The notes under the pieces are model-generated. The model ran no database searches and had not been told where the DNA came from. It saw nothing but the letters and a program-made list of their open reading frames with translations. A stretch of DNA of 60,400 nucleotides, filler included, from Hausera hauseri (lineage: Eukaryota): assembly GCA_046269625.1 (NCBI GenBank). It is 11 parts of 11 records of this genome, joined end to end, with 100 filler letters (N's around TTAATTAATTAA, not from the genome) between each part and the next. Parts side by side here need not be neighbours in the genome. Positions count along the whole stretch, not along the records: positions 34,890 to 39,779 come from JBJURY010401812.1; positions 39,880 to 46,740 come from JBJURY010057551.1; positions 46,841 to 51,265 come from JBJURY010589112.1; 8 more parts are not named here. One strand, written 5' to 3'. This document shows, piece by piece, positions 35,131-47,759 of this stretch (its first letter is position 1; every line of letters begins with the position of its first letter). The position numbers were made by a program, and so were the translations under genes.

Positions 35131-37149
35131 CTAAAATTGTTGAATCTTATTATCAATAATCTGTTTTTGAGTAAACGTCTTAACACTAGAAATCTGTGCC
35201 GATCGAAAATTTCCAATTTGCGTTGTTAATGTCGTATCACCTTTCAAAATGTTGACGAGCATACTTTTCATGCTAACAATTCGACCAGCGTCAATCGTTT
35301 CATTAGCGAATTCAAACATGGGAAATCGAGTTATGGTATAAGACACATCTTCAGGCTGAAGGAAATAGTTGACATAGTTGAGATAATCCGTAGTCAGTGG
35401 TACATATTGACTATCTTCGGATAAAGTAAACATTGCATCCGGATTTTGTTTGGAAAATAGAAACTTTTTGGTATATATATTAATGTTCAATACAATATTT
35501 ATAATTCGATTCGTCAGACTACCGATTTGCTTCAATTTAAGTTGATCCGGATAAACATCATATCTGTTACCAGTTTCATAATAAATCAGATCATCGATAA
35601 AATCTTGAAGTGACAGATTTTCCCGTTGAATGGCATCGTTTGTGTTGTTTTGTCCGAGGAAGAGCTTGAGTATCAAACCATAACTCGGCGGTTTAGCTAT
35701 TTTAAAGAGTATATCAACTCGATCTCGACTGACAATGTCATATATTTGACTTCGTATAATTTTCTTTAAGTTCAAATTAGTAACTCCATCTTTCGCTGCT
35801 GAAAATTCACTATAATCCTGTAACAATAAAACATTACTAAGACTATATACACGAACAATAAAAATTGGCAGTTCAATAATAAGAAACCGGAACTTATCCA
35901 AAGAAACCTCAATTTTTACTATATCAGTATTATCCAGTAGGCCACGATTTTTATAAAGAATCTTGCTTGCTTCGATATCCGCCAAAGTAAAATATTTCTT
36001 CTTTCCACTACCTGACAATATTTTCATCGGTTCCCGATAAAATGAACCAATAGTATTTGTGATGTTAATAAATTGAAGCTTCAACATTTTTTCGTCAACC
36101 TTACCAACAACCTGAATGTTGTACTTATGCAGAGGACTATTCTGAGACGTATAAACATAGAATGGTGTTACAAAAACCTGAAAGGGAATCGTCTTTGTTT
36201 CAAGCACATTGATCAGCTTTAAAATTATCCTTTCACTTCGTACGAAATATGTATCGAATATTTCTAAATCGACCAGGAAACTATGTTCAACGGATTGCGT
36301 ATATTGATGGAGTTTAAAAGCCACTAATCCGTGAGTTAAATCGGAAAATGTAAAACTCCAAATTATTTTAGACGGATCTCGGAGGTTGGAGAATTTTGCA
36401 ATATTGTTGGGTTTCAAGTTACGAATGTTGACAATCAGCGGTCCTCTTTCTTTGTCTCGTGTACTGATTTCCAAACAGTCCCGAGGAAGAACGGAGAAGG
36501 TTCCACCGTAGTTCTTCAGCTGTATTGTGCGGAAGGCTTTTACAACTGGTGGCAATGGAAGAGGAAAGGTGCCATCTGATGAAGGAACAGTATTGATATA
36601 AATGGGTATTTGGAGATATGTGACATCCAGTAACCTCGTAGTTTTAATATTGTATATCTCAATTGTCACAGGCAGGAAATCGACAGGCGGGCTATTTGAT
36701 TTGCGGTGCATAAAACGATATCCCATTAACAATGCTTGTTGACATTCAGTGTTAAATGTCGGCACTTTTGTTTTGTTAAACGTAATCAGTACTCCGGTAC
36801 TTGGCCAAAACCGACTAACCATCCATGGTTCCGGATCTGAATTTTTCTCCACAACATTCACATGCCGCATTCGACAGAATTCGGTTGTTGGGTCGTATTT
36901 TATAGTTAAAATATTTGAACTCAACGCTTGGGATAAACCTTTCCAACTCTTTACATGTAAATATGATTTCAAGACAACTCGACTTTGCGTTTTTGGTGGC
37001 ACAATATTAAAAATAATTGACGCTTTTTTCACCGAAGAATGATGACGTCGAAATAGATAGATACTGAAATGTACGACATCGGATAATTGCAACGGTGAAC
37101 CTTCGTGTTGGTATTTAACCGAATATTTCGGGAAGGAGCACGGAAATTT
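35131..37149 (-). CDS. FREM1/FRAS1-related extracellular matrix protein, one large exon (CSPG-like repeats)
   Basis: Splice acceptor TTTTATTACAG at about 37150, then KFPCSF..VKYQHEGSP. Repeats SFTFSDL..G.VAF, FTLADI..ILY, PPSYG, FTQKQI. More than 650 open codons. Confidence 0.65.
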   Translation of the reverse strand, partial: KFPCSFPKYSVKYQHEGSPLQLSDVVHFSIYLFRRHHSSVKKASIIFNIVPPKTQSRVVLKSYLHVKSWKGLSQALSSNILTIKYDPTTEFCRMRHVNVVEKNSDPEPWMVSRFWPSTGVLITFNKTKVPTFNTECQQALLMGYRFMHRKSNSPPVDFLPVTIEIYNIKTTRLLDVTYLQIPIYINTVPSSDGTFPLPLPPVVKAFRTIQLKNYGGTFSVLPRDCLEISTRDKERGPLIVNIRNLKPNNIAKFSNLRDPSKIIWSFTFSDLTHGLVAFKLHQYTQSVEHSFLVDLEIFDTYFVRSERIILKLINVLETKTIPFQVFVTPFYVYTSQNSPLHKYNIQVVGKVDEKMLKLQFINITNTIGSFYREPMKILSGSGKKKYFTLADIEASKILYKNRGLLDNTDIVKIEVSLDKFRFLIIELPIFIVRVYSLSNVLLLQDYSEFSAAKDGVTNLNLKKIIRSQIYDIVSRDRVDILFKIAKPPSYGLILKLFLGQNNTNDAIQRENLSLQDFIDDLIYYETGNRYDVYPDQLKLKQIGSLTNRIINIVLNINIYTKKFLFSKQNPDAMFTLSEDSQYVPLTTDYLNYVNYFLQPEDVSYTITRFPMFEFANETIDAGRIVSMKSMLVNILKGDTTLTTQIGNFRSAQISSVKTFTQKQIIDNKIQQF

Positions 37150-37417
37150 CTGTAATAAAAACCATTTTTAAATTTTTTTCAAAAATTAATTTATTTTTCA
37201 CGTGAAATACTCCTAATATTTTAATTATACTGACAGGAATTAATAAATGTTTTATCTATGTATTCATACAATTCTGAATTGTGGTGACCAACTTACAACC
37301 GAGACATTATTCACATACATAGGTAATGTCATCTAGATTACGTATCTAAGTGTAGAGTATGAAAATCTGAAGGATGTAGCAACAATGAAAATTTCACTGA
37401 TTCAGTATTTCAAAGTA

Positions 37418-38502
37418 CAGGGTGACACAACTAAAGGTCGAATTTTAAACCTGAGATCTGTCAAAATTAAAGAAAGCCATATGACGGAAACGATGTATTT
37501 ACAATAACATATAATATAGCACTTATTTATACACTGTTAATATGTTTCTATATGCTTTCCGTCTTCATCTATTAGCAGTTGTAGTCGGTCTTCATAATTT
37601 CTGAAAACAACTTGTAGCATTTGCGGTGTAATAAGAAGAAATGCCTATCTGATACTCTATTGTAGTGCTGGAATGTCAGCTGGTCGCGTAGCATAAACTT
37701 TGGCCTTTATGAATCCCCAGAGAAAATAGTCACAAGGTGTAACATCCGCTGAGCGATGCGGCCAAAGCATATTCAGCGATAAACGCCCTTATCCAACGTT
37801 TCGGAAAGTTGTCATTTAACCACGCTCTCACCTCAAGACTCCAATGTGGTGGTGCCCCATCTTGCATGAATGTCGGAGTTTGTTTCTCACGGCGATTGAG
37901 GGAAGTATAAAATTGGTAATTAAGCATTTCAAGATAACGAATACTTGTGATGGTTTCATTGAAGAAGCTGGTAGACTTTCTTCTTGGAGATGGCAGCCCA
38001 TGCTGTGATTTTCCGTGAATGCAAACCATGCTCTGTGGTTTAATGACAATTTACCAGTGCCCAGTATCTGTGGTTGTGTCTGTTAACGTTACCATCCAGG
38101 TGAACATGGGCTTCATCAGAAAAGGTAAGATATTCCAAGTGTTGCTGATCATTACCAATTCTTGATAACTCGTCAACTGCAAAATTAATCCGTCAAGCAT
38201 AATCTTCTTGACTAAGGGCTTGGACCACGTGTAGTTTGTAAGGGTGCCATTTAGCATTTTGCAGGCATCTCCTAACAGGTTCACGACTAATTCCAGTGAT
38301 AGCAGCAGCACGTCTTGTTGACAAATCAGGATTGTCCTGAAAATTATCGGTTACTTGTTCAACAGCTTCATCAGATGTTGATTGCTTTTGTCTTTCCTGA
38401 TCACATTTAATAAACTACCCGTTTCCAAGAGTTCGTCATATGGCTTTCTTTATTTTTGACAGATCTCATGTTTAAAATTCGACCTTTAGTTGTGTCACCC
38501 TG
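37418..38502 (-). mobile_element. Tc1/mariner superfamily transposon (DDxD, rosa/DD41D-like), decayed
   Basis: About 50-bp TIRs CAGGGTGACACAACTAAAGGTCGAATTTTAAAC.., TA TSD at 37416-17 and 38503-04; FSDEAH, MQDGAPPHW, TPCDYFLWG. Confidence 0.93.
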
Positions 38503-39702
38503 TACCATGCAGTGCACACCTTCAAGGATTTTGTATCTTCTAAATTTTTAATTTTATTAGCTCCTACCGTAGATTAATTATAATATCTTATGTTGTATTG
38601 GGTAGAAACGTATTAAATTAGTTATTTAAAACAAATAAATTCCTTGAACGTACACTTAAAATGTGCACACTAATAAATATTGAAATAAGTTTATATATTG
38701 GAATTACAGTAATATAAAAACGCCGGTTCTGGCATAGACCCCCCAGAATTGTGCAACCTCCTATTTGAAATTGCGCAACTTCCGGTGTAAAATTGCGTCA
38801 CATCCGGTGACATTTGCACAACGTTACGCAATGAGGCAAAAGTTGCGCAGGTGTCCTCGTGTGTTCAGCTTTGAAAAATTGTGAAAATCGCGTAATAACA
38901 CTGAGAAATTGACCTGAAAGAAAAAGTGGTTTTCGGGGAATTGCGTCGGACTGAAGAAGTGTAATGCAATTTTCTCTTCATGGTTGACCTGGGCACATCA
39001 CGGCGGTTCGAATGGTATAGGGATTGTAGGGATAACTCTTCTGGATAATCCGAGAAAGGGTTTGCCGGTTCTGGAACAGTTCCAGTTTTTCTGCGAAAAT
39101 GACCGGAAAGTCAATATCTCAGCTGTTAGGAGTCGTACGGAGTTCATGTTGGTGTCATTCGATTGGCCTCAATGAGCTGAATCGAATGGAGCACAAAGTG
39201 ACGTTATGAGCAGAAAACTGAGCAAAAAATAGTTTGAAATGAGCACTGCTCAAAATCCTCACATCACACACGATTTTCGTCGATTCCATCATGTAGTATT
39301 CGTTTAAGTCTATCGACTCGTATGTGAATGGATTTAGTCCAGTGGGCAGTTTGAGCACAAATCAATTGTGCGCTAAAGCGGTTTAAAGTTTAAAAAAACG
39401 GGAAAATGACCATAACTCCGGAATGCTAGTGGATAGTGAAATGGTCTTTATTTTGCTGGAACGACGATTGGGAGACGAATCGAATGGTGCAATGATCATG
39501 GTTTTCCGACTCACCAAGTTTCAGCAGTGAGCACTTGAGCACTTTTGAGGTTTTCTGGGGATTGAGTAGGAACGAAAACCCGCATTGTCGGTTTTTCAGC
39601 ACAGTTGGTCTTGGTATGGCAGCGCGATTCGAATGATATATAACACGTTCGGACAGCTTTTCTGACGGCCCTACAAAAGGTATGCCGGTTCTGGAACAGT
39701 TC

Positions 39703-39779
39703 AGTAACTCCATCTTTCGCTGCTGAAAATTCACTATAATCCTGTAACAATAAAACATTACTAAGACTATATACACGAA
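39703..39779 (-). repeat. 77-bp exact copy of part of the FREM-like exon (35779-35855)
   Basis: Direct sequence identity up to the contig end. Confidence 0.92.
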
Positions 39780-41414
39780 NNNNNNNNNNNNNNNNNNNNN
39801 NNNNNNNNNNNNNNNNNNNNNNNTTAATTAATTAANNNNNNNNNNNNNNNNNNNNNNNNNNNNNNNNNNNNNNNNNNNNAACATTTGTTTACCTTGACCA
39901 GACGTCAGCCGTGGAGCATGTGCTAAAGATAGCACTAATCATCATTTAGCATTGAAGCTAAAAAATATTGTAATGCCAATCAGCATGCAAAAAATGAGCC
40001 ATAGTTACCTTACCTTACTCTTTAGTTTAATAAAACGTCCAAAAAAGGGAACAGAAAGTACTGTTAAAAGCCACAACTCGCAGTAAAACATAGAAACGCA
40101 TCATTTGAATTAAAAGAGACAGCCACTAAACGAGTTGATCTGAGACACATCTCAGAAAAGTGGTGAAAGAGGGGGCTGTGGAGTTACAATAAGGAGGAAT
40201 TCAGACCAAAGCATTGCAGTTCCACTTTACATAGACCCCAGCTGAATCATTTTGATGTGCAAAAGAACCATTTAAAAGTGTGCCCCGTCACCTTTAATGG
40301 TTTAAACATATTGCATTTTGTCTTCGATTACATTTTTCACGGGTTGGTCTTTTCCTAAAAATCTTTAACAGATTATATTTATTGAAAACTCAAACATATT
40401 GGACTGTGATAAATTGGATTTTACAGTCTGAGTAATACAATAAATGTGTATATTTTAATTTGCCACATCATCATCACCACATTATCCCTAGGAAATGAAG
40501 AGCATCACCATTTTTTCTATTTACAAGTTAAAGGCTCCCAAATAAGCTCATGAAAGAAAATAAAAAAGCAGAGAACATTTGTTTTTCTTATTTACTTAGC
40601 CCTGGTTTTGAATGGGTAAACGATATCAGACGGCATAAAGAAAGGAAGAGATATTGGGCAAATTTTGCTAATAGAAAATTACAACACAGACCAAAATGTC
40701 ATCTTAACAGTCATGCTCGGCAAATTTTGGTAATTTATTGTCCGAAGTCTGGAGATCGATTGACGTAGTTAAATAATTTTTGACAAGTCCTCCTTTACCA
40801 ATTTATTCTTAAAGCCTTTCCCAAGTACAAAAATCCAAATACCCAAACTCCACAGTCACCAGCGGGGAGACCCAGCTTCACTCCATTTTTGAATCCGGGG
40901 CTCCTTTCGATTCCCAATTCCCTTATCGCGTGATCTTAGTCATATCAGATGACGTTCCCTTTTCCTGTAGTTTTAGTAATTAATCAAGACAAAATGTAAC
41001 AAGGAGAGCTTTAAGGATGTCTGTCACATATTTTGACCAAATTTTGTATACGAGTGCTAAAAAATATGCTAAAAACGATGGTGACTGTTTCCACTTTCGA
41101 AAACTTTCGAGACCGTTGTTTTAAAGCGAAAAATGAAGTGACAATACTATTGCTTCATGCGATAATTGTCAGGTATGCAAATTATTCAAACAACAACCAA
41201 AATTAATGCAACCTTTAGAAACAGCTAATAACTCTATAGATAGTTCTCTGCGTCTTTATCACGTGCATTTATCACGAGAATACCATTCAATCATTTAATT
41301 TGCATGATTAATAAAGGAAGTTATTTACAATTAGCGCATGAAACAATGGTATTGTGATAACGAAAAAGTTCAATTCCTTGCCCATAATTTATGCTATTAT
41401 TACATGAGGCACAG

Positions 41415-41671
41415 TGACAAACAACGTTAACAATATTCTATATGTATTGAATAAACGTTTAATTATTCACCCGAACAAGAATCAGAATGCCTTAACGCTG
41501 ATGAATAGTCATGTTTCTCAGCTTTANNNNNNNNNNAATTTATGATATTACTAAATTGAGCAAAATGACAAACAACGTTAACAGTATTCTACATGTATTG
41601 ATTAAAACGTTTAATTATTCACCTGAACAGGCATCAAAATGCCTTAACGCTGGTAAACAGTCATGTTTCTC
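41415..41671. repeat. Diverged tandem duplication, period about 150 bp, spanning a 10-N gap
   Basis: TGACAAACAACGTTAACA...GTCATGTTTCTCA occurs twice with substitutions. Confidence 0.8.
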
Positions 41672-42594
41672 ACCTTTAAAACATTTTATCGGAGTATATT
41701 CATGGTGGTATTGATTGTGAGTTTGAGAAACAAGAAGAACTTATGTTCGACTCGGAAACAGGTGAAGAAGAAATTTTTTATTTCCAGCAATTTTTTATTT
41801 GAAATTATGTCAAAATGTTACAAAAACGGGTACGAAGATATCAACAGATCCAGATTATGAAAAAGAACTAAAGTGTTCCTATGCTTTTGTATCTGGTCAA
41901 TACACGGAAAACAGATCCAAGTAAGTAAGTAAAAGTGTGCTTTCTTCCTCACTTATCAAAACAGGTTTTAACCACATTTCCCCATGTATCTCGCTATAAC
42001 GATCATTTTCGGTAAAATTTTGGTCAGACCCTCCCTGGCCGAAAAGGAGGTCGATCAATGGACTTTGGACCGAGTCAAATCGGTAGACTGTGACGAGACG
42101 AGCAAAAGTTTATAGCGATGAGAAGCTCGGAAATGTAAGGGTGAGGAGCTAGAGAACAAAAAAGCAAAACAGGAAATACGCTACGGGTTACGCAACACTG
42201 ATTGATGACACTCTAATATGTCGTACAAAGGTGTAATTGATGTAGGCAAATCGAATGGGGGAAATTTCAAACTCAAAAAAATTTCCCCCTGTTCAAATTG
42301 GCCGGTGATGGAAATCGGTTGGGCACGCAGACTGTCATGAATTGAGCATTTCATATTATAGATGCCTCACGATCAGATGATCTTAAGATGGTGAAAAATA
42401 ACGCGAAACGCGTTGTTAAAACTATAATTGAGAAATCTGTCAAATTGTACGAAGTTTTATTCCGCTGTACGTCAACGACAACAGCGAAATCTGAGTCTAA
42501 TAGTAAAGTGGCATTATCAGGAAACCAACATAAGCATGTATAACAAAATTATACATTTCAAATACACAAAGCTGTTGTACAAAAGCAACAGAAA

Positions 42595-42990
42595 GCGTTT
42601 AGCAATTGTTCACAAAAGTGTTTGTAGCATAAGCCACAGTAAGCAATAATGTCCACATAATAGGGTCAATGGATGTTGATAATAAAGTCTGTTATATTAA
42701 ACACGATGATAATTTGATAACTGTCTTTCAATTTTTGAAACTAACGATGAGGGACAGTAAAACCCGAGTGGGTCAAATACTTTGACAACGGTAGGATGTA
42801 CGTACACCGCAGTCCAATGTTCGCCTGGTAACGCTGACGTGTGTATATTGACAATAAAACCACCACCACCTGTTTGTCGTAAGTCACGTGGCACACAATC
42901 CAGTGAAAACACACCACGAAATTTTGCATCCAAGAGCAGTTGTCCGTAGTGACTGAGCTGAGTGGAGCCAAACGTAAAACGCAATTTATG
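42595..42990 (-). pseudogene. Adenain-type maturation protease
   Basis: FRGVFSLD, IVNI..PGEHWTA, VFDPLG, LCGHYC; one in-frame stop. Confidence 0.9.
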
Positions 42991-43049
42991 AATAATAATA
43001 ATAATAAATTACTTCATGTTACTAAGAAAGAAGAGACATCCGTTTTTAT

Positions 43050-44284
43050 TTATACGATGACGGTTCTATTTTTCATTATTTCCACCTCAGCATCAAATAC
43101 AGTGTAAATGTACATCACGGTAGACTCTTCCAGCGCTTTGGCAAGATGAACCTCTAGTCTCAGGTTTCCCTCTTGAGGTAGTTATGTCTGCTCAACGTCA
43201 TAATCCGGCGCCACGACAAAGGTAAAGAACGGATAGGCAGACTTGAACAAATCCATCGACATTCCATTGCTGACATTTTTGTTTAGCAAGCCCATGTTGC
43301 GTACGATAGATTGCATATATGTGCAAATGTAATCGCCGGCCTCGAATTTTGCTTATACGTCTCAACGAAATCCGCACTCTTGCCAAAATCGATATAATTC
43401 ACATTGCTATGGGTAAACGTTTCTGACTCGGTGGTATAACTGTCGATTTGTTGGGTAGTCGTTTGAAATGAAACACGCATAGATTTTGGCAATCGCATAT
43501 CGCTAAACAGAGTGTCCTTATAAAACAATGTCGAACCTTTGGGTATGGTGTACAACATGAGTTCTGTGTGTTGTAATGGATAATAGGTATTTTGTGTTCC
43601 CAAATCCAATCGATGTCCCATGAGCACAGATGGTTCTACCTTTACACGACGAACATATAATCGTGCCTCGGTAATTTTCAGTATGGGTTTGAGATTTGCC
43701 ACGGCGGTTTTCAAACAAAAGACATTGTCGCTGCGTTTGAGCCCAATCATGGCTTTAACACCGGGTATTAAGTATTGCGGCTGATCAAAAAAGTCAAAAT
43801 GCAGTGGTCCACACATTGTAAATGCTTTTGATTCTGCCACCCATTTCTGAAGGTTTGTTGATGTGGCATCGTATCCGATGGTGTTGGTCAAATGACTCGT
43901 TTTCGTGTCTATAATGTAATTCAACGCCGTTTCGATGAGAGCTTTGATACTATACAGATTGGCGTTGTCTTCAATTTTAACACTGTTCGAAGTCAGTAAA
44001 GCTTGCCGGAACAGTGTGAGGAAAAATTAATTGGCCGGCGTGACAGTATCTGTTGCAGCGAGAACCGTTGATGCATCCTTTTTAACAATGACTATTACAT
44101 ACAGTAACGTATCGTTCAAATCGAGATATTCATTGTCCAACACCATTATATTAAATTGAATGTCAATGTTGTCGTCCATTGAAACAGAATCAATGGAGTA
44201 GATTTCCTTAAATTTTGTATTATCAATAACAATTTGTGGCGCGGTCTTGTAAAATATGCACAATTCAGATTTTGCAGATGCCAT
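43050..44284 (-). pseudogene. Double-jelly-roll major capsid protein (Maverick PY / adintovirus hexon-like)
   Basis: KSELCIF..PQ, YLDLNDTLLYV, GPLHFDFFDQPQYLIPGV, ARLYVRRVKV, GNLRLEVHLAKAL. Confidence 0.88.
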
Positions 44285-44301
44285 TTGTCTGTTTTTTTTA
44301 A

Positions 44302-44645
44302 ATCAATCGAAAATCGTACGACGACGACGACGACGTTTGTTTATAGTTGAAAAGCTCGATGTTATACGTCGTTTTCTCAAGCCAGTGCCAGTGAATTGTT
44401 TTCTGACTGTTTCAACGACTCACGGTGCAGCGCTTTTTATTTCTGGCAAGGCGTGTTCCTTTAACGACGGTAGAATCGACTTGTTTTCATGTATCACATC
44501 CTATGCTGTTATTGCTGCCACGGCTCCAATTCGTTTCAATACCGGCAATACTAAACGTGCCAATGTACGCAACCAACTAGAACCAGACTGTTTGCCGACG
44601 AAATACTGCAGTTCACCGTCCTGCTGAGATTTACTGTAAATGGAA
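44302..44645 (-). pseudogene. Small basic core protein (adenoviral pVII/pX-like)
   Basis: Manual translation ..KQSGSSWLRTLARLVLPVLK..FTGTGLRKRR..KRRRRRRTIFD*, with two stops. Confidence 0.65.
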
Positions 44646-44657
44646 ATGATTTGAGAA

Positions 44658-45698
44658 TCAATGATATTTTCGACGGAAATGAAGAGTTAGAGTTGTGGTA
44701 CCGTATGAAAATTCAATAAAGTAGCCTGCGTCACATATTATATTGACTTGTTTATAGATGTAGATAACACTGGTATATACATTGGATTATCGAGTTTGAC
44801 AGTAACATTATCACCAGCAGTGTACCTGTTACTTGTTGGACAAATTGCACGGAGTAGCGGTACTCGTACTCTACCGAGCAAGATCGGTTCGGTGACGTTC
44901 GTGTAAATGTACATTTCATGTAGTCCGTTTTTTTTTCAGTTTTGTTTTAAGTGTCGCAACATGTGTCTTATTCGATTCAAACCACTGGTTTTCGAAACTC
45001 AATACCATGGTCTAAGCTTTATCCAACAAAATTTCGACAAAGCCCTTGTACAGTTCGAATGTGATGTAGCCATTTATATCTGAATTTTAAGATTTAAATA
45101 TGTATTGGTACTTTTTAGCGGAAAATGTCGAACGGGATCTGCTACGGATTTACAATAGACATTATCGTCAATTTCAATTGATGTAGCATGCATCGTTGAT
45201 ATATTTTGTCCAGCAAAAATAATGTCCACATGCATTCCTAGGTATGTATTTTGTGCGATGGCATCATCAGCAACGATACTTTTACCTTTGATTTCTGTAG
45301 TTTTGAATCCAAATTATTTCGCCACTTCAATAGAAGTGAAACGGACAGTAAATTCAGTTTTATTATCAAACCGTACTTTTCCATTTTTTTCGCATAACAC
45401 GGATTTTGTCTTCTTTTGCACTCTTATTAAAGTCGCTCGTACAAACATAAGAGGTACTCGCCAACATCTTTATCATTTCCAAATAGTAGTTGACATGGTT
45501 CATTTGCCGTCACCCGGTGATCTATGCTGTAATGTATATTCGTATTGTTTTTCAATGTCACCGATGCGTAAAGAAAGTTAAATTCCGTTGTCCGGATAAA
45601 TCTATTGGATTGTCCAAATCTATAATGTATTGACTGGCTAAATTCTTCGGACGAGTCGTCGGACAACTGTTGTTCGGCAACACCATGTAAATACTCAT
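44658..45698 (-). pseudogene. Minor capsid/penton-like protein 1
   Basis: MSIYMVLPNNS..N.ASQY..DLDNPIDLSG at the N-terminus; MYIYTNVTEP..VPLLRAI..NPMYIPV..TLHFRR at the C-terminus. Confidence 0.75.
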
Positions 45699-45737
45699 AT
45701 TCACAATGATGTCAATGGTGATTATGGAGTTTGTTTA

Positions 45738-46740
45738 TTATCGACGACGTCGAAAATGTAGCGTCAAATGTGTCACTGACCCGAACAGAAATTTAACGGG
45801 TTTCCAAATTCATCTAGCATGTGCACCGAAATACTGTGTACAATATTGTGAAATAACAATACATACATGGACCGAATGATATTAATGTGAGAGGTTTCGC
45901 CGGGTGTTTTGTACGTGTCAGAATCAAGTGTAATAGAAGCCAGTAGTTGTTTACGTTCTCCGCCAACAAATAGAGGTTCGGTTAGATCCATTAAAACGTT
46001 GATTCAATAAAATACTCCATAGTATCGTTTTTGTACTTAGCGACAATAGATCGACCGCAACCGGTTTGACCGAATTCTCGTTTCTTAAAGCCCAGATTTC
46101 GTGCCAATAGTTCATCGAATGCAAAATATGTAACATTGTCATGTAGTGTAAACGAAATACAACCGTCAGCATTTAATTCAAATGTCTTTAGGGCTAATTT
46201 CGCTACTATCTTGATGGATTCATATAATTCTGTTTCCGATTACAAACGTTTGCTGTATCCTGTGGTATACGCGTAATTTTTTGATTCTGTATTTTGCCAG
46301 TTCACTGTAATATCGGTTTTCATGAGTTTGGAAAAGTTCAATTTTCTTTCACCAGCTATGACATGTCCACCTAAATTCAGACCTTTCGAGTGCACATTGA
46401 CGGATTGAAAACCCCATGCCTGAGCATCGGCTATTGATTTAAATTGCAATGCAATTGGCTGTCGGTGTTTTAGAAACAAACGATTGTTTAAATAAAAAAT
46501 ATGAATCGGGAAATATTGCCGCGTATAATTGCGAATATGAAAAGTTCGCTTAGAGTCGTCATTTAACTGTAAATAACTTGAAGCCGGAGAGTGTCGTAGA
46601 GTAAAGTAAATACCACTGTTTTCACGTATTGATATCGGTGAAAATTGAAATGTGAATTCCGTCTGTAAGTAGATCGTGTATCTACCATTCCGACATCAAC
46701 GTCACACGAGTATTGTAAAGTAGAATTTTCCATAAGGTTT
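45738..46740 (-). pseudogene. Minor capsid/penton-like protein 2 (5' end cut by contig edge)
   Basis: DLTEPLFVG..QLLASI..MYV..ISVHMLDEFGNPLNF..TLHFRRRR. Confidence 0.7.
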
Positions 46741-46899
46741 NNNNNNNNNNNNNNNNNNNNNNNNNNNNNNNNNNNNNNNNNNNNTTAATTAATTAANNNN
46801 NNNNNNNNNNNNNNNNNNNNNNNNNNNNNNNNNNNNNNNNTTGTATGTTCTTTTAACCTTTTCTAAGATTATACACTTTCATCCCTGATGACGTCATTC

Positions 46900-47150
46900 T
46901 TCTTGCATAAACATTCTCCTTCCATACTTTATCTTCATCAACACACAGCTTCTCTAACGAGGTCCACACCAATCTGACTTGTCAGTTGTCAGTGTAGCCT
47001 CAGCTATCCTTTCCAGCCAGACTATCTGCCCTCTCATTTCCATTCACTCCTGCATGACCTGGTTAAATATATGCATGTATTATTTTAACCAACATGTCCA
47101 GTTGTCATTCTTATAAGTCATGCTGCATTGTTCAACTAGCCATCATCTCA
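46900..47150 (-). mobile_element. RNase H C-terminal remnant of a non-LTR retrotransposon
   Basis: PGHAGVNGNERADSLAGK at about 47010-47062. Confidence 0.6.
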
Positions 47151-47759
47151 GTTCTCATGCCAGATACATTTGTATATTGGGCATCCATTCTTGTTCAGTA
47201 GTTTTGCCATTAAGATAAGTAACAAAGCTTAACTTGCTTTGTTGTTTGATCTCTTCATCACCGAACATCATCTCTTCTGGATGAGCCCTGATAAGGGCTG
47301 TAGTCCTAAGAAGGGCTCAGAAGTGTTGCACTGAGCAGTCCTGCTGTCCCAGTTGGTGACTAGGAGGGCGGACCGAGGTCCTCCAGGCTTTAGTGCAATG
47401 CTCGGCCTCCTAGAAGTGATCCACCTTTCAGCTGGGGGCCATGTCGATCCTCTCGATTTTCTTCTGTTTCCAGGACGAACTGCCAGGAAATGTTGAAAAG
47501 TCTTGGCCAGTATGTTGGTCCTGGCCATGACTAGATCGCGAAGCGATCTCAGCCTCAGTGTCCCAAAAACTATACTACAAATATGGACTCCGGTTAAGAA
47601 AGACACGTGGCTAAAATGTTAATTTTACAGTCTTCAGTGAATATATGTTTCATAATCATGCTCAGTATATTAGAATACACAAATCAAACTCAGCTCGGTG
47701 AATTAACGTCCGGGTTTCATGTCATCCTTCAGCTTAATGTCTCGACTGCTTCATTTCCA

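Larger units (their letters stand above)
41920..46740 (-). mobile_element. Maverick/Polinton virion module and probable terminal region
   Basis: Five co-oriented decayed genes (two minor capsid, core, major capsid, protease) pointing to a non-coding region that begins AGTAAGTAAGT. Confidence 0.88.
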
